Origin: Octopus sinensis
Lineage: Eukaryota
Assembly: GCF_006345805.1 (NCBI RefSeq)
Contig: NC_043000.1
Coordinates: forward strand, 33,604,001-33,668,000
Direction of reading: 5' to 3'
Length of the DNA stretch: 64,000 nt
Each line of letters begins with the position of its first letter. The first letter of the stretch is position 1. The notes below the pieces were generated by a model. That model made no database searches. It worked only from the letters and a program-made list of their open reading frames with translations, and had not been told where the DNA came from. This document shows, in pieces, positions 26,890-40,720 of this stretch. The position numbers and the translations under genes were made by a program.

Positions 26890-27020
26890 CAGGGGGTCCC
26901 CCAAAAATGTATACACATAGTGGTTCGGCAAAAGAGAACGATAGAATAAGTACTAGGCTTACAAAGAATAACAAATTTACAATTATTTAAGGTGTGTATA
27001 CATTTTTTTGGGACACCCTG
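26890..27020. mobile_element. Tc1/mariner-type MITE (131 bp)
   Basis: TIRs cagggggtcccccaaaaatgtatacac / gtgtatacatttttttgggacaccctg, flanked by TA. Confidence 0.85.
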
Positions 27021-27411
27021 TATATATATATATTGCGCGTGTTTATTTGGCAATAAATAAATAAAGAAAATGACCATCCCGAAATACAACAATACCTGTT
27101 TCAACACATGATTTCACATCATTTATTGCCTTTTACGTCTGGAAATCTTTCGTCACACATCTGTAACCTCTTCGGCGTGACTCCTTTCCGTCCACATCAA
27201 TTTGAGACACAAGATTTCCAGACAATGTATATAAAGTAAAATGTGAACGGTAATAAAAGAGTGAAGGACGAATATACAGTGCGTGTGTTTATTTGGCAAG
27301 ATATAGAAATAAATATAAAATAAAAATGACCATACCGCAATGTAACAATATCTCATTCAACACAAGCTTTCGCATCAAGAATCTTGCAACACAATTTCAT
27401 CCACGTGTGTG

Positions 27412-27495
<84 letters not shown>

Positions 27496-27496
27496 A

Positions 27497-27538
<42 letters not shown>

Positions 27539-27589
27539 ATATATATTATAATATATATATTATATGTATATATATATATATGTATATAA

Positions 27590-28201
27590 AGAGAACATTC
27601 TTTCTATGTAGTTTGATCGTAGGTGATCTACTTCTAGCATATGACTGACCACACAATGGTTTTTAGCCCTTTAGATATACACACGTATTAGAATTTTCTC
27701 TGTTTTTCAGATTTTTGTATGCTAGGCTACTGGTTTTAAATTAATATTCTATTTATCTCCCTCATTATTTAAATGTTAAAATAAAAATGTTCTCTAAAAG
27801 GCAGCATTAACTGCAGTAAATTATTTACTGCAGATTTTGTTTTCCGGAATTTAGCACGCCAGAACTCAAACATTTGAAATTAAGCCCAATGTAATCGGTG
27901 GAACTAAGCACGTGTCTGTTTTTATACGGAAAAACTGGTGGTTAATTTTACAAATTATATTGCTTGTGGAACGATCGTACTGACGAGTTCTACGGACGAA
28001 GGATTACGTGAGTGATTTATTCGTTAATAGGCGAAACCGCCGGTCTGCGATTAATTCTTGTTTTTATATAATTTTCATCTGTCTTGCCCGCATATTGTCC
28101 ACTGAATTTTTCTCTAGAGAACATTCTTTTCTTTGTAGTTTGATCGTAGGTGATCTACTTCTAGCATATGGCTGACCACATAGTGGTTATTAGCCATTTA
28201 A

Positions 28202-28208
<7 letters not shown>
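27590..28208 (+). repeat. Direct-repeat-bounded unit (period 526 bp) containing a hammerhead ribozyme; Penelope pseudo-LTR or retrozyme-like
   Basis: ~95-bp direct repeats agagaacattc...tagcc.ttta at 27590-27684 and 28116-28208. Confidence 0.75.
27973..28052 (+). ncRNA. Type I hammerhead ribozyme, canonical core
   Basis: gatcgta-CTGACGA-[extended stem II]-GAA-ACCgccGGT-C-tgcgatt; 7-bp stem I, GUC triplet (cleavage after 28045). Confidence 0.8.
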
Positions 28209-28284
<76 letters not shown>

Positions 28285-28689
28285 AAGATAAATAGATAGA
28301 TAAATAGACAGATAGATATATGATAATATCAAGGGCCATTACTGTGCGTAAAAACCACACGCTATTATAATATATTTTATATGTAAAGGAAAAAATGAGA
28401 TACCTTGTATTAATTTTTTTTCCTCAATTGGTTTACACGCTGACTATTCAATAAAATTTTATATAGATTTTACCCTTGTATTTTACTTAGAAATATATTT
28501 AAATATATAAGTATGTATGTATGTATGTATGTATGTATGTATGTATGTATGTATGTATGTATGTATGTATGTATGTATGTATGTACGTATGTATGTATAC
28601 ATACTTACATACATACATTCATACACACACATATATTTAAATATATTTGTAAATGAAATACAAGGATAAAATCTATATATAATCTTATT

Positions 28690-28865
28690 TAGCCACTACA
28701 CACATTTTTTTCTCTCCTTGTTTTTTCTGTGTCCCTTTCTGTAGAAGAGCGTAGACTCGAAACGTAAAAGACTTTTTCTATTCTTGAGCGTTATACTAAT
28801 ACATCTGTTTGTTTTGTACACCACCGGTCTTCGTCTTTTGTTTTTTTTCCCGTAAACTCTCCCAT
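28690..28865 (+). mobile_element. Short non-autonomous repeat (family X) with an A6U hammerhead-like motif, ending in (TA)n
   Basis: cttt-CTGTAGA-a-gagc(gtag)actc-GAA-ACGT-A-aaag at 28735-28770; homologous copies at 37130, 48140, 48885 and 49258. Confidence 0.75.
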
Positions 28866-28912
28866 ATATATTATATATATATATAATGAAAAACTCATTT
28901 TATCCCACACAA

Positions 28913-29090
28913 AATATAGGAAAAATAGAAGTTGAAAATGCACAGAGAATTGATAAAATATTTTTTCTTAATATATTTAAAGCTTTAACCGGTTTCACTG
29001 AAAATCAGTGTAAAGATTGCGGTGAAACCGGTTAGAGATTTAAATATATTAAAATCTCTTAACGATTTCAGAGCATTTTCAACTTCTATT

Positions 29091-29098
<8 letters not shown>
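28913..29098. repeat. ~75-bp-arm imperfect inverted repeat
   Basis: tagaagttgaaaatgc...aatatatttaaagctttaaccggtttcac versus gtgaaaccggttagagatttaaatatatt...gcattttcaacttcta. Confidence 0.8.
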
Positions 29099-29132
<34 letters not shown>

Positions 29133-29159
29133 TATATATATATACTATATATACATATT

Positions 29160-29310
29160 TAAAAAAGGAGATGTGGAACACGAGTTGTGATATATAAAAA
29201 AGGAAATGAAGAAAATGCTGACAAAATAATTTAAGTAATTTAAGTAATTTAATTAGGTGAAAGTTCTTTTTACCGGTTGCGCATTTGTTATGCTTATCAA
29301 AAGATATATT
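29160..29310 (-). mobile_element. Copy of the repeat at ~6800-6945 with a decayed U3-A8 hammerhead
   Basis: Minus strand TTGATAA-gcat(aacaa)atgc-GCA-ACCGGT-A; downstream flank aligns with 6860-6945. Confidence 0.6.
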
Positions 29311-29537
29311 TTTAAGAGAGATAGAGTTCCTTTCTGATAGATTTTATTCCTCTTATATATACATATATATATATATATATACGAACTTTTTTTTAAAAAA
29401 GTTCTATTGATTAGCTTCCCGATTTCAGTACAACGTATTTCTGTAGTGAGTATAATATGTGGAAATTGACGATTTAAAAGTCTGTTATCAGCATATTGGC
29501 AGGGAATAATTTCTTTTGCCCTTGTTTATAAGTTGTT

Positions 29538-29603
<66 letters not shown>

Positions 29604-29751
29604 ATATATACACAGGCATATATATATATATATATAATACACACACAGCACGCATATATACATGGTAGTGCTCCATCATAGCCACCCTCTTTGGGCAGGA
29701 TACGTAAAGTAAAAGAAAGTGTATTTATCTATCTATCTATCTATCTATCCT

Positions 29752-29808
<57 letters not shown>

Positions 29809-30229
29809 ATATCTATCTATCTATTTATTTATATGTATTCATGTATATATATATATACACACACACACACGTATATATATATTGACGAGCAAAACGCTCC
29901 CCGTCTGAGTTGTCAGACATTTAAAGCAAATTTTCTCAAAACTTGTCCGACGGTCCCGTAGGCCTTCCCTTTGATAAAAATTTATTTAACCTAAATTTGA
30001 GACACCAACAAAAGAAGAACTAAAGACTTTTTTCTATTCCAAAGAAAAACGATTTTATTCACACAAATATGCAACCGAAGGGCTTAAAGTACCAGTAATG
30101 ATAAGGTTGTTGACTGGGAGAACACAAACATGGTTTAAATAGTAAGCTTGACAGGAAAGAAACGTGCCTTTAAGCAGTACAAAAACAACAAAAAAATGGA
30201 AGGTGCAGTTATGTACAGGTTGGCGGAAG

Positions 30230-30414
30230 AAAAGCAGGACAAAATCGGCTTTATCGATCGCGTTCTCACCTGGAATCGATTTTTGTAATTTTTTCAAGAC
30301 CTATACACGCCCTGATACCGTCGGTATCTACATATCAAATTTGAGCGCAATCGGATGGAGGATGCCTGAGATCCTAGAAGACACACAGACAGACAGAACG
30401 GATTTTATATAAGA
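30230..30414 (-). mobile_element. 5' end of a non-autonomous Helitron-like element
   Basis: Minus strand a|tcttatataaaatccgttctgtctgtctg...ccgattgcgctcaaattt, the same terminal architecture as 51682; 3' end not identified. Confidence 0.55.
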
Positions 30415-30645
30415 TATATATATATATATATATTATATTAAATTAGAGATAAAACCACTATTAGGCAAATCATACAATGAAAAACTTAAGCCAATACATA
30501 AGATTAATTAATTTATATTATTTTAAATATATATCAAAATTATTAAAAAAAGATAATTAGTATAACACTACGATCGTTTCATGGCTCTCCAATTCGTAAA
30601 AATTCGAGTTAGTCATTCTTCAGGTGATTGAAATATCTAATACAC

Positions 30646-30937
30646 GTGGAGACGCAATGGCCCAGTGGTTAGGGCAGTGGACACGCGGTTGCAGGATCGC
30701 GGTTTCGAATCCCAGACCGGGCGTTGTGAGTGTTTATTGAGCGAAAACACCTAAAGCTCCACGAGGCTCCGGCGGGAGGTGGTGGCGATCCCTGCTGTAC
30801 TCTTTCACCACAACTTTCTCTCTCTTTTTCTTCTGTTGGCCTGATCGCTTAGCCAGCGGGGTGGCATCATTTGAAGGCTAAAACAAAGCGAAGCGCATTG
30901 TGACCAGCGATGTGTAGCAACAGCTAATCACGGTGAT
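30646..30937 (+). mobile_element. tRNA-derived SINE S2
   Basis: Aligns over its length with 13780-14088; ends in cacggtgat. Confidence 0.9.
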
Positions 30938-31074
30938 ATACACACACACACATAGATACACTCATAAATGTACACTCATCACTGCACATCCATACCCACA
31001 CCCATCGATCGGTCCGCGAAAGATTCCGACATCGATAACACAGATGCACATGAAGAGGGGAAAAGCAAGTTCTT

Positions 31075-31260
31075 TGACCTGCTAGAAGTAGCAGTCAAAT
31101 CTCCATCCGATCTTACCACATTGCCTTAGAAAAAGACTCACACTGAATAATGTAGTCTAGAATTTCTTTCATATAGACAAACATCACGCGATGGTCACGG
31201 CTGGAATCGTTTTGTTCATGTTTGCTTAATCAGGGCTGACTTGGGGCTAAATAACAACGC
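31075..31260 (+). mobile_element. SINE-like repeat (family S5: gacctgctagaa.tagcag.caaatctc ... ggggctaaataacaac)
   Basis: Opposite-strand relative at ~32290-32470. Confidence 0.6.
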
Positions 31261-31754
31261 AAAGTCAGGACATGCTTCACTACACATACAGAGCATGCGT
31301 GAAATAAAACAAATCACACACACACACACACATACACGTATAAACGCACACACATAGACACACATACACATACACTCACAGACACATTCACACATGCACG
31401 CACAAGAAATTATTTACTCACTTGCGCACATACACTTATAGCTATATACACACATACTCACAAACACAAACACACACACACACACACACACACACTCATT
31501 CGCAGACAGACACATATATACCCACATCTCCACCCCTCTTCAAACACATACAGACCCCCCCCAGACCATGTAAAGCGTGACTAATAGACTGGTCACGCGC
31601 CATAAACTGTTGAACGTTGCACCAATTACTTACGCTTCATCTATTGGAACAGCAATGGCGGTGCTCGACGCCCTCCATCCCTGCCTTCCCCTCCTCCTGC
31701 CTTTCTACATCGCTCTTCTTTCGTTGCAACTGACTGTAGCAGAAATTCTTGCAG

Positions 31755-32205
<451 letters not shown>

Positions 32206-32561
32206 TTTGAAGAAATATGTTGACCCTTGACATCTTAGTGGTGAGGTTATTGTGACATTTCTGATGTTGTTGTTGGTGGTGGTCTTGTTTGTTGATTTTT
32301 TTTACAGGTTGTTTTGTTTGCAAGCTTAATCATGTAGACCAGTCACCAAAAATATTTCAGCCGTGACTCTCCAGTCAGTCCCACAAACGCAGGGAGATTA
32401 ACGTGTCCTTTTTTTAAGAGGTGGGGGTATGGCATTTGGTAGAGATTGTCTGTTATTTCTAGCAGGTCATGTGTTGTGTTTTGGTCACATGGTTAGCTGT
32501 TCTGGGTATCCTCAGTGTACATGTGTGTGAATATGTATATACATGCCTACAAACCTATATA

Positions 32562-32620
<59 letters not shown>

Positions 32621-32922
32621 TATACGATATGTATATATATAAAGTATTTATACATATGCTTATTTATGTGTATACCTGGGCTTGTGTGTGTATATGTATA
32701 TACATACATATATATGTACATATACATATATATATTTATTCATGTGTATACATACACAATAGGCACACAGACACACAGACACACACACACACATATATAC
32801 ACATATACATATGCATTTATGTACAAATATGTATACATGTACACATATGGATCTATATATCGTTATATATATCTTTATATGCTTATATATTTATGTTTAT
32901 GTATATATTTATATGTATGTAT

Positions 32923-32954
<32 letters not shown>

Positions 32955-33148
32955 TAATAGAAATATTAAAATTACTAAGGTTATATGGATACAGTTTGTG
33001 TATCAAATAGCTAACTTAAGGCGATGGCCTCATGGAGCTAATAAGCGGTCAGCTTTTTTCTTATTTTTATAAGAATGCCATATTAGTATGGCGATAACTA
33101 ATATTTATATATACATATATATATATGTATATATATATTTGTGTGTGC

Positions 33149-33211
<63 letters not shown>

Positions 33212-36200
33212 TATATGTCTAATACATGCGTGTGTGCGTGTGCCTGCGTGTGTGTGTGCGTACGTGTGTGTGTGCGTACGTATGTGTGTGTGCGTGTGTA
33301 CTGGTGAAGCTGTCTCTTACGACATTCCGCTTTGTGATTCAACATGTCTGCTTCCCTCTAAAACGGCCATTGACCTCATAAAGCCGCAGGTAAGTCATCC
33401 CTTTTCCCAGTCGAAACGATTTCCCTCCAAATCTAATCGAAAGACTTTGTAAATACAGTCGTGGATTTCTATGTTGCAAACGTTACAATGGAAACTTCCC
33501 TGCCCTCAGATGTCTTTGGAATGCAGTGACCTCTGACCAATGCGGGTCAGAACGTCAGAAGATGAGGCCATTAAACCAGAGGTGATGGCGGGGGGCTATA
33601 CAATGTATTTGTCAGATTCGGTTGGATTTCCTGTCTGACTACCTCCGGCTTTGTCTTTCTCTTGGATTATCTCTGTATTTTGTTGATCTTTTATATAAGC
33701 CTTCCCGTCAAGCCTTTCTATTTCACTTCCGTTCTCTCCCTAACCCTCTCACAATTCTTTGGACTCCCTGTCTCCTAGCTATTTCACCCTTTCATCTCTC
33801 TTTCACTTTTCTCCGTACCCTGCTCTCTCTTCCACCGTCTATTTTCCCTACCTCCTCTCTCTCCCCATCGCTTCTTTGCCCCCCCCCCCTCGCTTCAACC
33901 TCTCTGTTTACTTTCGACACAAGCCATTGCTAAAATGAAGTTTCTCTCGTCTTCAGTTTAACATTTCCTGTATCTGTTATAATTAATTAGCGAAAGAAAA
34001 GAGGGAGACCTGTGTAGTGTCTCCTGTATTCGCCAGTTCGATACGTAGTCTCTCCTCAGTTGGTGAGACGTATGGAGTCTTTCTTCGACTGGTGACACCG
34101 ATCTGCTTAATATTTCAACAAGTGTAAGTCACTGTCTTTAAAAAAATAAACAGGAATCAGAAGGTAATCTCGGATGAATTTCTGAAGTGGTTTTTGGAGT
34201 GGGTCACCTGTTTAACAGGATATCTGAGAAGTGATAAATGAATATTTTTTTATCATTTCAGCAAGTAACCTCAGGCATTCTTTAGTCTTATGAATCCTCT
34301 CGAAAGAAGCAATTACCGTGTGGTAAATAATGGAATCCGTAAGGAGTAATGTTAACTGACTAGGCGTGATTAATGATTGAATAACATCTTCTCTTCTCAT
34401 CTCAGTAATTCTAACTATATTTTTGATGCACCCTATTAAATGTGTTCATCACAGCTTAACTGTTGATGTGCTTACTGATGGCGTCTCTGGGTAATCAACT
34501 TCAGTGTCTATTAAATCTATTATTTAATTTTCGATTTCGTTATTATTCCTCTGGATCTTTACTCACCATTTATCACCCCAGTTGTTTTTTAATTTTGTCT
34601 GTTAAAGTAAGATTTTGTTGTTTGTTGATTAATTTGTTTACATAGAAACCTATTTATGAAACACTTTCTTTCGTATCTGATTATTTATACCACTTTCTAA
34701 TTGTCTCTTTGATAATCAGTACACATGCCTGTCTACCTGTCTGATTGTCAGATTAGGAATTAAAAGCAGAAATGGAAGATGAAAAGACATTTCTAAAGAA
34801 CGAAGCAACATTTTATTCTGGATATTAGAGGAACAATTGCTGGAATTTTGTTCCTTGTAGAACTAAATAGATCCGATGTGAGGTTTAACGAGATGGCATT
34901 AATTTAGCTAATTTCTAACTGAACCAAAATAATCTGGAATCTATCCTCGACTAAACATTTTATGTACTAATCGCTTTTTGTAGACAAATAAATACACACT
35001 GCCAGCATATTTGATCTCGGGATCCATATGTATGTAGACCAATATTTTCACCCCCTTTGTAGTGTCAAAACATTATGTAAACACTTTATGTCGACAGAGA
35101 AATAGACATTACCAGCGTATTTGATTTCGAGATCCATACAGAAGTAAACCAATATTTTAACCACTTAGTATTGTCAATAAGAGATGTTACATATTAAAAT
35201 GTGTAGGACTTAATACCAATAGAGCTGGTACATCAATATCATAATATGATATTTCTCATAGCCGTTCTTATATATTTCCTACAAATATTGGCTGCTGGAA
35301 TTAGGTTTATTGGTCTTTTAAGTGAACAACAATTAATCATGGACAGGTTAGCCGAATTCGTTATTGGAAAAAAAAGTACAGTTGACAGATATGAGGCCAT
35401 GACAAAGCGAAGAGAATTTAGGCAGACTAATCAATAACTGAGGTAATATGAGTTACCTGGAATTGAAGTGTGTGTGTGTGTAATGGCATATCGTTCTAAT
35501 AGAATATTCATTACATTGTTATATATTAGGCTGCGAGTCTGACATCGATTTTTATTTAGACACCATTCAATATTTCTGGTGTAAATTCGATATATCTACC
35601 TTTGACTTTTCGATATGTACATGCATTTGTACACACACACATACACGCCCTCTCGCTCTCTCTCTGCCCCACCTCCTATATATATCAAGCAATAGATGTT
35701 ACCGACTACTATTGGTGAAAACTGAGCAATGATGACCAGTTTCGCGCGAGCAAGTTTGTGATTTCTCTTCGATTCTCAACTGCGACAAACAAACTTGTCT
35801 CATAATGGTATCAAGTTTGAAAATAACATTGATTCTAGAGAAATCCTCAGTAAATGTGGAACCATTTATGAAATAGAAACCAACAAGTTTTACAAATCAA
35901 ACAAAGACAGCAGAAAGTGAGACAAGCTCCGATGGAGTTACAAATAAAGAGGTTTCCAGTCCTGGTTGTCTTTGCTGATCAGTCAACCGTATCATGTCCG
36001 TTTTTATGTTATTTTAGTTTGTAGCTGCTTGCATTTTACAGCATGGTTGGTTCCATTGTTAAGAATATAGTCCATGGCTATAACGTGCAACCAATCTATC
36101 ACAAAAAATCAAATTCCTTACCTGAATGTTGCATCTTCTTAAAGCTGTGAGATATTCAATCTTGGAATATCTACTTGCAGTAAAATGGACTTGATGCCTA

Positions 36201-37032
36201 AATTAACCTTAATGAGCTGTAAATCCTTAATGACTCTTTAGTTGGTTGTCCAATAATTCAATAATCTTGAAATGTTTTTCCTGTGAGAAAGTATTACTGC
36301 ATCAGGTAAAGGTTCGAGGCTTCACTTCGTTTCCATTTAAGTGTTATTGCGTTGTTCGACTTTTGTTACTTGTGAGACATCCAGCTTTGTTCTTTTCAGA
36401 TAATTCGATATTATACAGTAGGAGAATAAACTTTTCGTACTCTTGATTCCTATTCTACGCAAAAACCTTCAATTATTTTAATAATGGTCTTGGTAAAAGG
36501 TATGAATGCAATCCCTTCCAAGTTTATTTCTTGTTTTAAACATTTGTATCACTTTTTCAAGATCAATTCTTCTTTGACCAGACTTGAACTCTTTTAGGCC
36601 CTGATATTTTAGTTAACCATAAATCCTCCAGTTCGTGTTTGTACTAAATTCCTTCTTCAATAAATGTAATATACCTGACAGCCACAGAATCTCTGTGTTA
36701 TCTCAAGTCTTCAACTGTGTATAAATGTCGAAAGCGAAGATGTTTAGAGAGGATAACCTCGGATACGTTTGAGTGATGCGGTTGAACAGTGTAGAACAAA
36801 CAAAAGAGCAGTGAAATCTCCCTCGAATCGCGATTGTAAAAAAAGACCCCTTAGACAATGCGGTCATAGTATGCCTAGTCATAAGAAAACAGCTGGCTGG
36901 TCACAGACTTTTACATTCTTCCTGAGCGTCAAACACACCTGTTTGTCCCCAAGGCTGTTCTGAGACTAAAAGACAACAGAACCACGTAATTCAGTTTATA
37001 CACGCAATAAAGAAATGTGTACCCACCCACAC

Positions 37033-37110
<78 letters not shown>

Positions 37111-37129
37111 CAAATTTACAAAAAAATAA

Positions 37130-37232
37130 AAACTAAACAGACGAAGACAGGCGAGGAAACAACAAGCAGGTGTGTTTGACGCTCAGAAAGAATGCAAAAG
37201 TCTTTGACGTTTCGAGTCTACTCTCTTTGACA
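37130..37232 (-). mobile_element. Family X copy with a decayed core
   Basis: Reverse complement gagagtagactcgaaacgtcaaagacttttgcattc...gagcgtc. Confidence 0.7.
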
Positions 37233-37258
37233 CACACACACACACGTATATATTTATG

Positions 37259-37303
<45 letters not shown>

Positions 37304-38069
37304 ATGTATATATATATATGTATATATATATATACACATACGTCCTGGTCTTGTTTTGTTGTTTATTTTTTATTTTTACCGTTATTGTTTTTACGTTTTT
37401 GTATTCTTATTGGTGTCACGTATTCTGTATTTTTGTTCGTGTACTTCGTTCGTTTTCCGTCCTCGTGTTGTATACATTCGAAGCTTTCTTCCAGGGGATC
37501 TAATGCGCTTGGCTTAGATTTCCCTTGGCGGGCTGGCCATATCGGAGCAATCTCAGATTAATCAGCCGAAATTGCTAAGATGATCTGGTTCTTGACTGAT
37601 GACTGAGGGCTTCGAATGTCCCGTCCTGTGGTTCTTGTGTCGTCTCTGTGGTGTTTCATGTTCTTGTCCATGTCTGTAATTATTTTTACTGTTTACCTAT
37701 ATATATATATATATATATGGATGGTGCGTGGAAGTGCAGTACTGCATCGTAGATTGCAAGAAGCAAGACGAATGTGTAGAAAACTAGAATACGTTGAACT
37801 GTGGTGGAATATTGAAAATGTATTAATTAATAATTAAATGAAAGCAGTTAGCGTATTTAAATTAGTTACAGAATTTAAATTAGTTATAGTATTTAAATTA
37901 TTCTAAGTATTTAAGTTAATTTATTAAACTTGAATGTTTTAAATCCAAAATAAACTACGAAATGCCTTGGGGGCCACGATTTGTTTTGTAATGATGTCGC
38001 TTGTTGCTTTAGTATTAGTCGCTCCATTTGGCCCCGCTTAGAAAGAGGGAGGATGAGCCAAGCATGCTG

Positions 38070-38181
38070 GCGGGAAGCTGATGATGATGATGGTGATGAT
38101 GTTGATCATGATGATGATGACGACGACGACGACGACGACGACGATGATGATGATGATGATGACGACGACGACGACGATGCC

Positions 38182-38233
<52 letters not shown>

Positions 38234-38237
38234 TTGA

Positions 38238-38270
<33 letters not shown>

Positions 38271-38495
38271 TGATGATGATGATGGTGGTGATGATGATGA
38301 TGGTTATGATGAAGGAGATAATGATGATCATACTAATGATGGCTATGATGATGATGGCGATGATGACGGTGGAATGATGTTGGCGATAGAGTTAGTGTTG
38401 GTTCTGGTGATGTTAGATGGCAATGGTGATGATGATGCTAATGTTGTTGTTGTTACTGTTGGTGGTGGTGGTGGTGGTGGTAGTGATGATGGTGG
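38070..38495. repeat. (GAT/GAC)n and (GGT)n trinucleotide tract
   Basis: Directly visible; source of the poly-Asp/Met ORFs. Confidence 0.95.
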
Positions 38496-38820
38496 GGATT
38501 GTGAAAGAAGATGAGAATCTAAGCCCAATGTTTTGGTTTTATTCTTTACTCCAACACAATTTCTCAGCCAGAGGTCACCACTTCACATTTCCTCGCCGTT
38601 TCCTCTTTTCTTGTTTTCCTTCCGGCCCGCAACCTTTCTTCCTTTCTATATTTCTCTCCCTGTGTTTGATGTGTTCCTATTTCCCCTGGCTCCACTCAAC
38701 AACAAACCTCAATAAAAGGGGATCTAATTCCTTTAAAGGTCAACTTTCTTCTGCAGCGATTAGCGTTGTTTTCACTCTCTATACACACACACACACACAC
38801 ACACACCACACACACACACC

Positions 38821-38855
<35 letters not shown>

Positions 38856-39418
38856 AACACACGCATACACACACACACACACATCTACTGTTCAACAACA
38901 CATACACACAACACAACACAAACCACACACAAACCATTCACAGCTAATACATAAACCCGAAAATACACTCAATTTACACACAACCATTACTCTACAAAAT
39001 AAACACACTTAAACATACGAATACACATAATGATATACATACAACACATACACACATACACACATACACACATACACACACTCACACACGCATACACACA
39101 AACAGTTGAATAAACACAGCAAAACATACTCGAACACACATTCGATAAACCACATAGAATGTGTGCGTGTGAGAATATATTTCTATGCATTTATGTATGT
39201 TTATATTCACATATAGCTATTATGTACATTGAATATGTTACGTACACATTAACACTCGTCATAAGACATTTAGAAATCAGAAATATTCATAAGCTTACCA
39301 TGATACGTGTATATCTACATATATGATATATTATATATATATATATGTATGTATGTATGTATGTGTATGAATGTATGTATAAATATATATACCTGTATAA
39401 ATTTGTCTATCTACATAT

Positions 39419-39465
<47 letters not shown>

Positions 39466-39487
39466 GTCTATCTGTGTGTGTGTTTGA

Positions 39488-39518
<31 letters not shown>

Positions 39519-40179
39519 TATACACATACATGTATACATGTATACATACACACATACATATGTATACTATGTATACATGTGTGTGTGCATATGTGTGCGT
39601 TTGCGTACCACCAACATTATGTGTTTAAGAAGAAATGTGTAAATCGGGCTCTACTTCTACATCCAGTACTCCTACAGCTAGCCTCGGTGTGAAAATGGGC
39701 TCCAGCAGACAAGGGAAAGAGCAGGCTTACTAACTGATTACTTACGAGCTTTTGTGAAAGCTGTTTATAGGATTAAATTTCTTTTCCTTGGCTGTTGGAA
39801 GAACGAGGTGAAAATTACTTCATAAATATGTTAGCATTATTAAAGTAGAACCAGTCTCTCACGAGGTTTTTACTGTCGCCAAAAGGAAAATATTAGAATC
39901 CTGACGATTGCTTTAACGAAATCTAAAACAAATCAAAAAGTCGACTCGTGTTTGCTCCTCCCTGGTTGCTGAGATCCTGGGTGTGTAATGATGGGGCCTA
40001 CTTTTACAAAGCGTCTAAAACGTATATTTATTAAAATTTTGATTTCGGACATATTCACAACGAGGCTGGTTACCTCTGCTTCAGCACACACTGTTGCTAC
40101 CAACGTTGCTAAGCAACCATTTGTCGTCGCCTGTCTCGTTGCACTGGATTTTGCTTTAAATGCTGTTCTACCGTTCTAC

Positions 40180-40237
40180 TGTGCTGCTGCTGCTACTATT
40201 ACTACTACTACTACTACTAATACTACTACTACTACTA

Positions 40238-40279
<42 letters not shown>

Positions 40280-40670
40280 GAACAACCACAAATACAGCAG
40301 CAACAGCTCCACCAACCCCGACCGCCACCACCACCAACACCACTACCACCACCAACACGTCCACAGTCAGGTCTGACACGAACACTACCATTACTATCAA
40401 TAACGTCTCCCACGTTACATGTACTTCCACCACCAGCACCACCAGCACCTGCACCAGCAGCAGCAGCACCACCACCACCACTACCAGCACCACCACCACT
40501 ACTAGCACCACCAGCGCCACCAGCACCACCACAACTACCACTATCAACATCAATAGTACCATTATTGCCGTCTCCATCATCACCAACATCACGATCATCA
40601 AGACCACCAATATCATGTCCAGTACCACCACCACCACCACCACCGCCACACCACCACCACCACCACCACC

Positions 40671-40718
<48 letters not shown>

Positions 40719-40720
40719 CG
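40180..40720. repeat. (ACT)/(ACC)/(AGC)/(ACA)n trinucleotide mosaic
   Basis: Directly visible. Confidence 0.9.

Noticed and set aside
33525-33575. Hammerhead-like hairpin tgacc/ggtca followed by gaacgtc
   Set aside because: No CUGANGA adjacent to the stem, and GAAA is incomplete
34040-34075. Minus-strand CTGAGGA-stem-GAA motif
   Set aside because: Stem III and the cleavage triplet are missing; at most a remnant
39898-39930. Hammerhead at ctgacga...gaaa
   Set aside because: No stem II closing pair and no stem I complementarity
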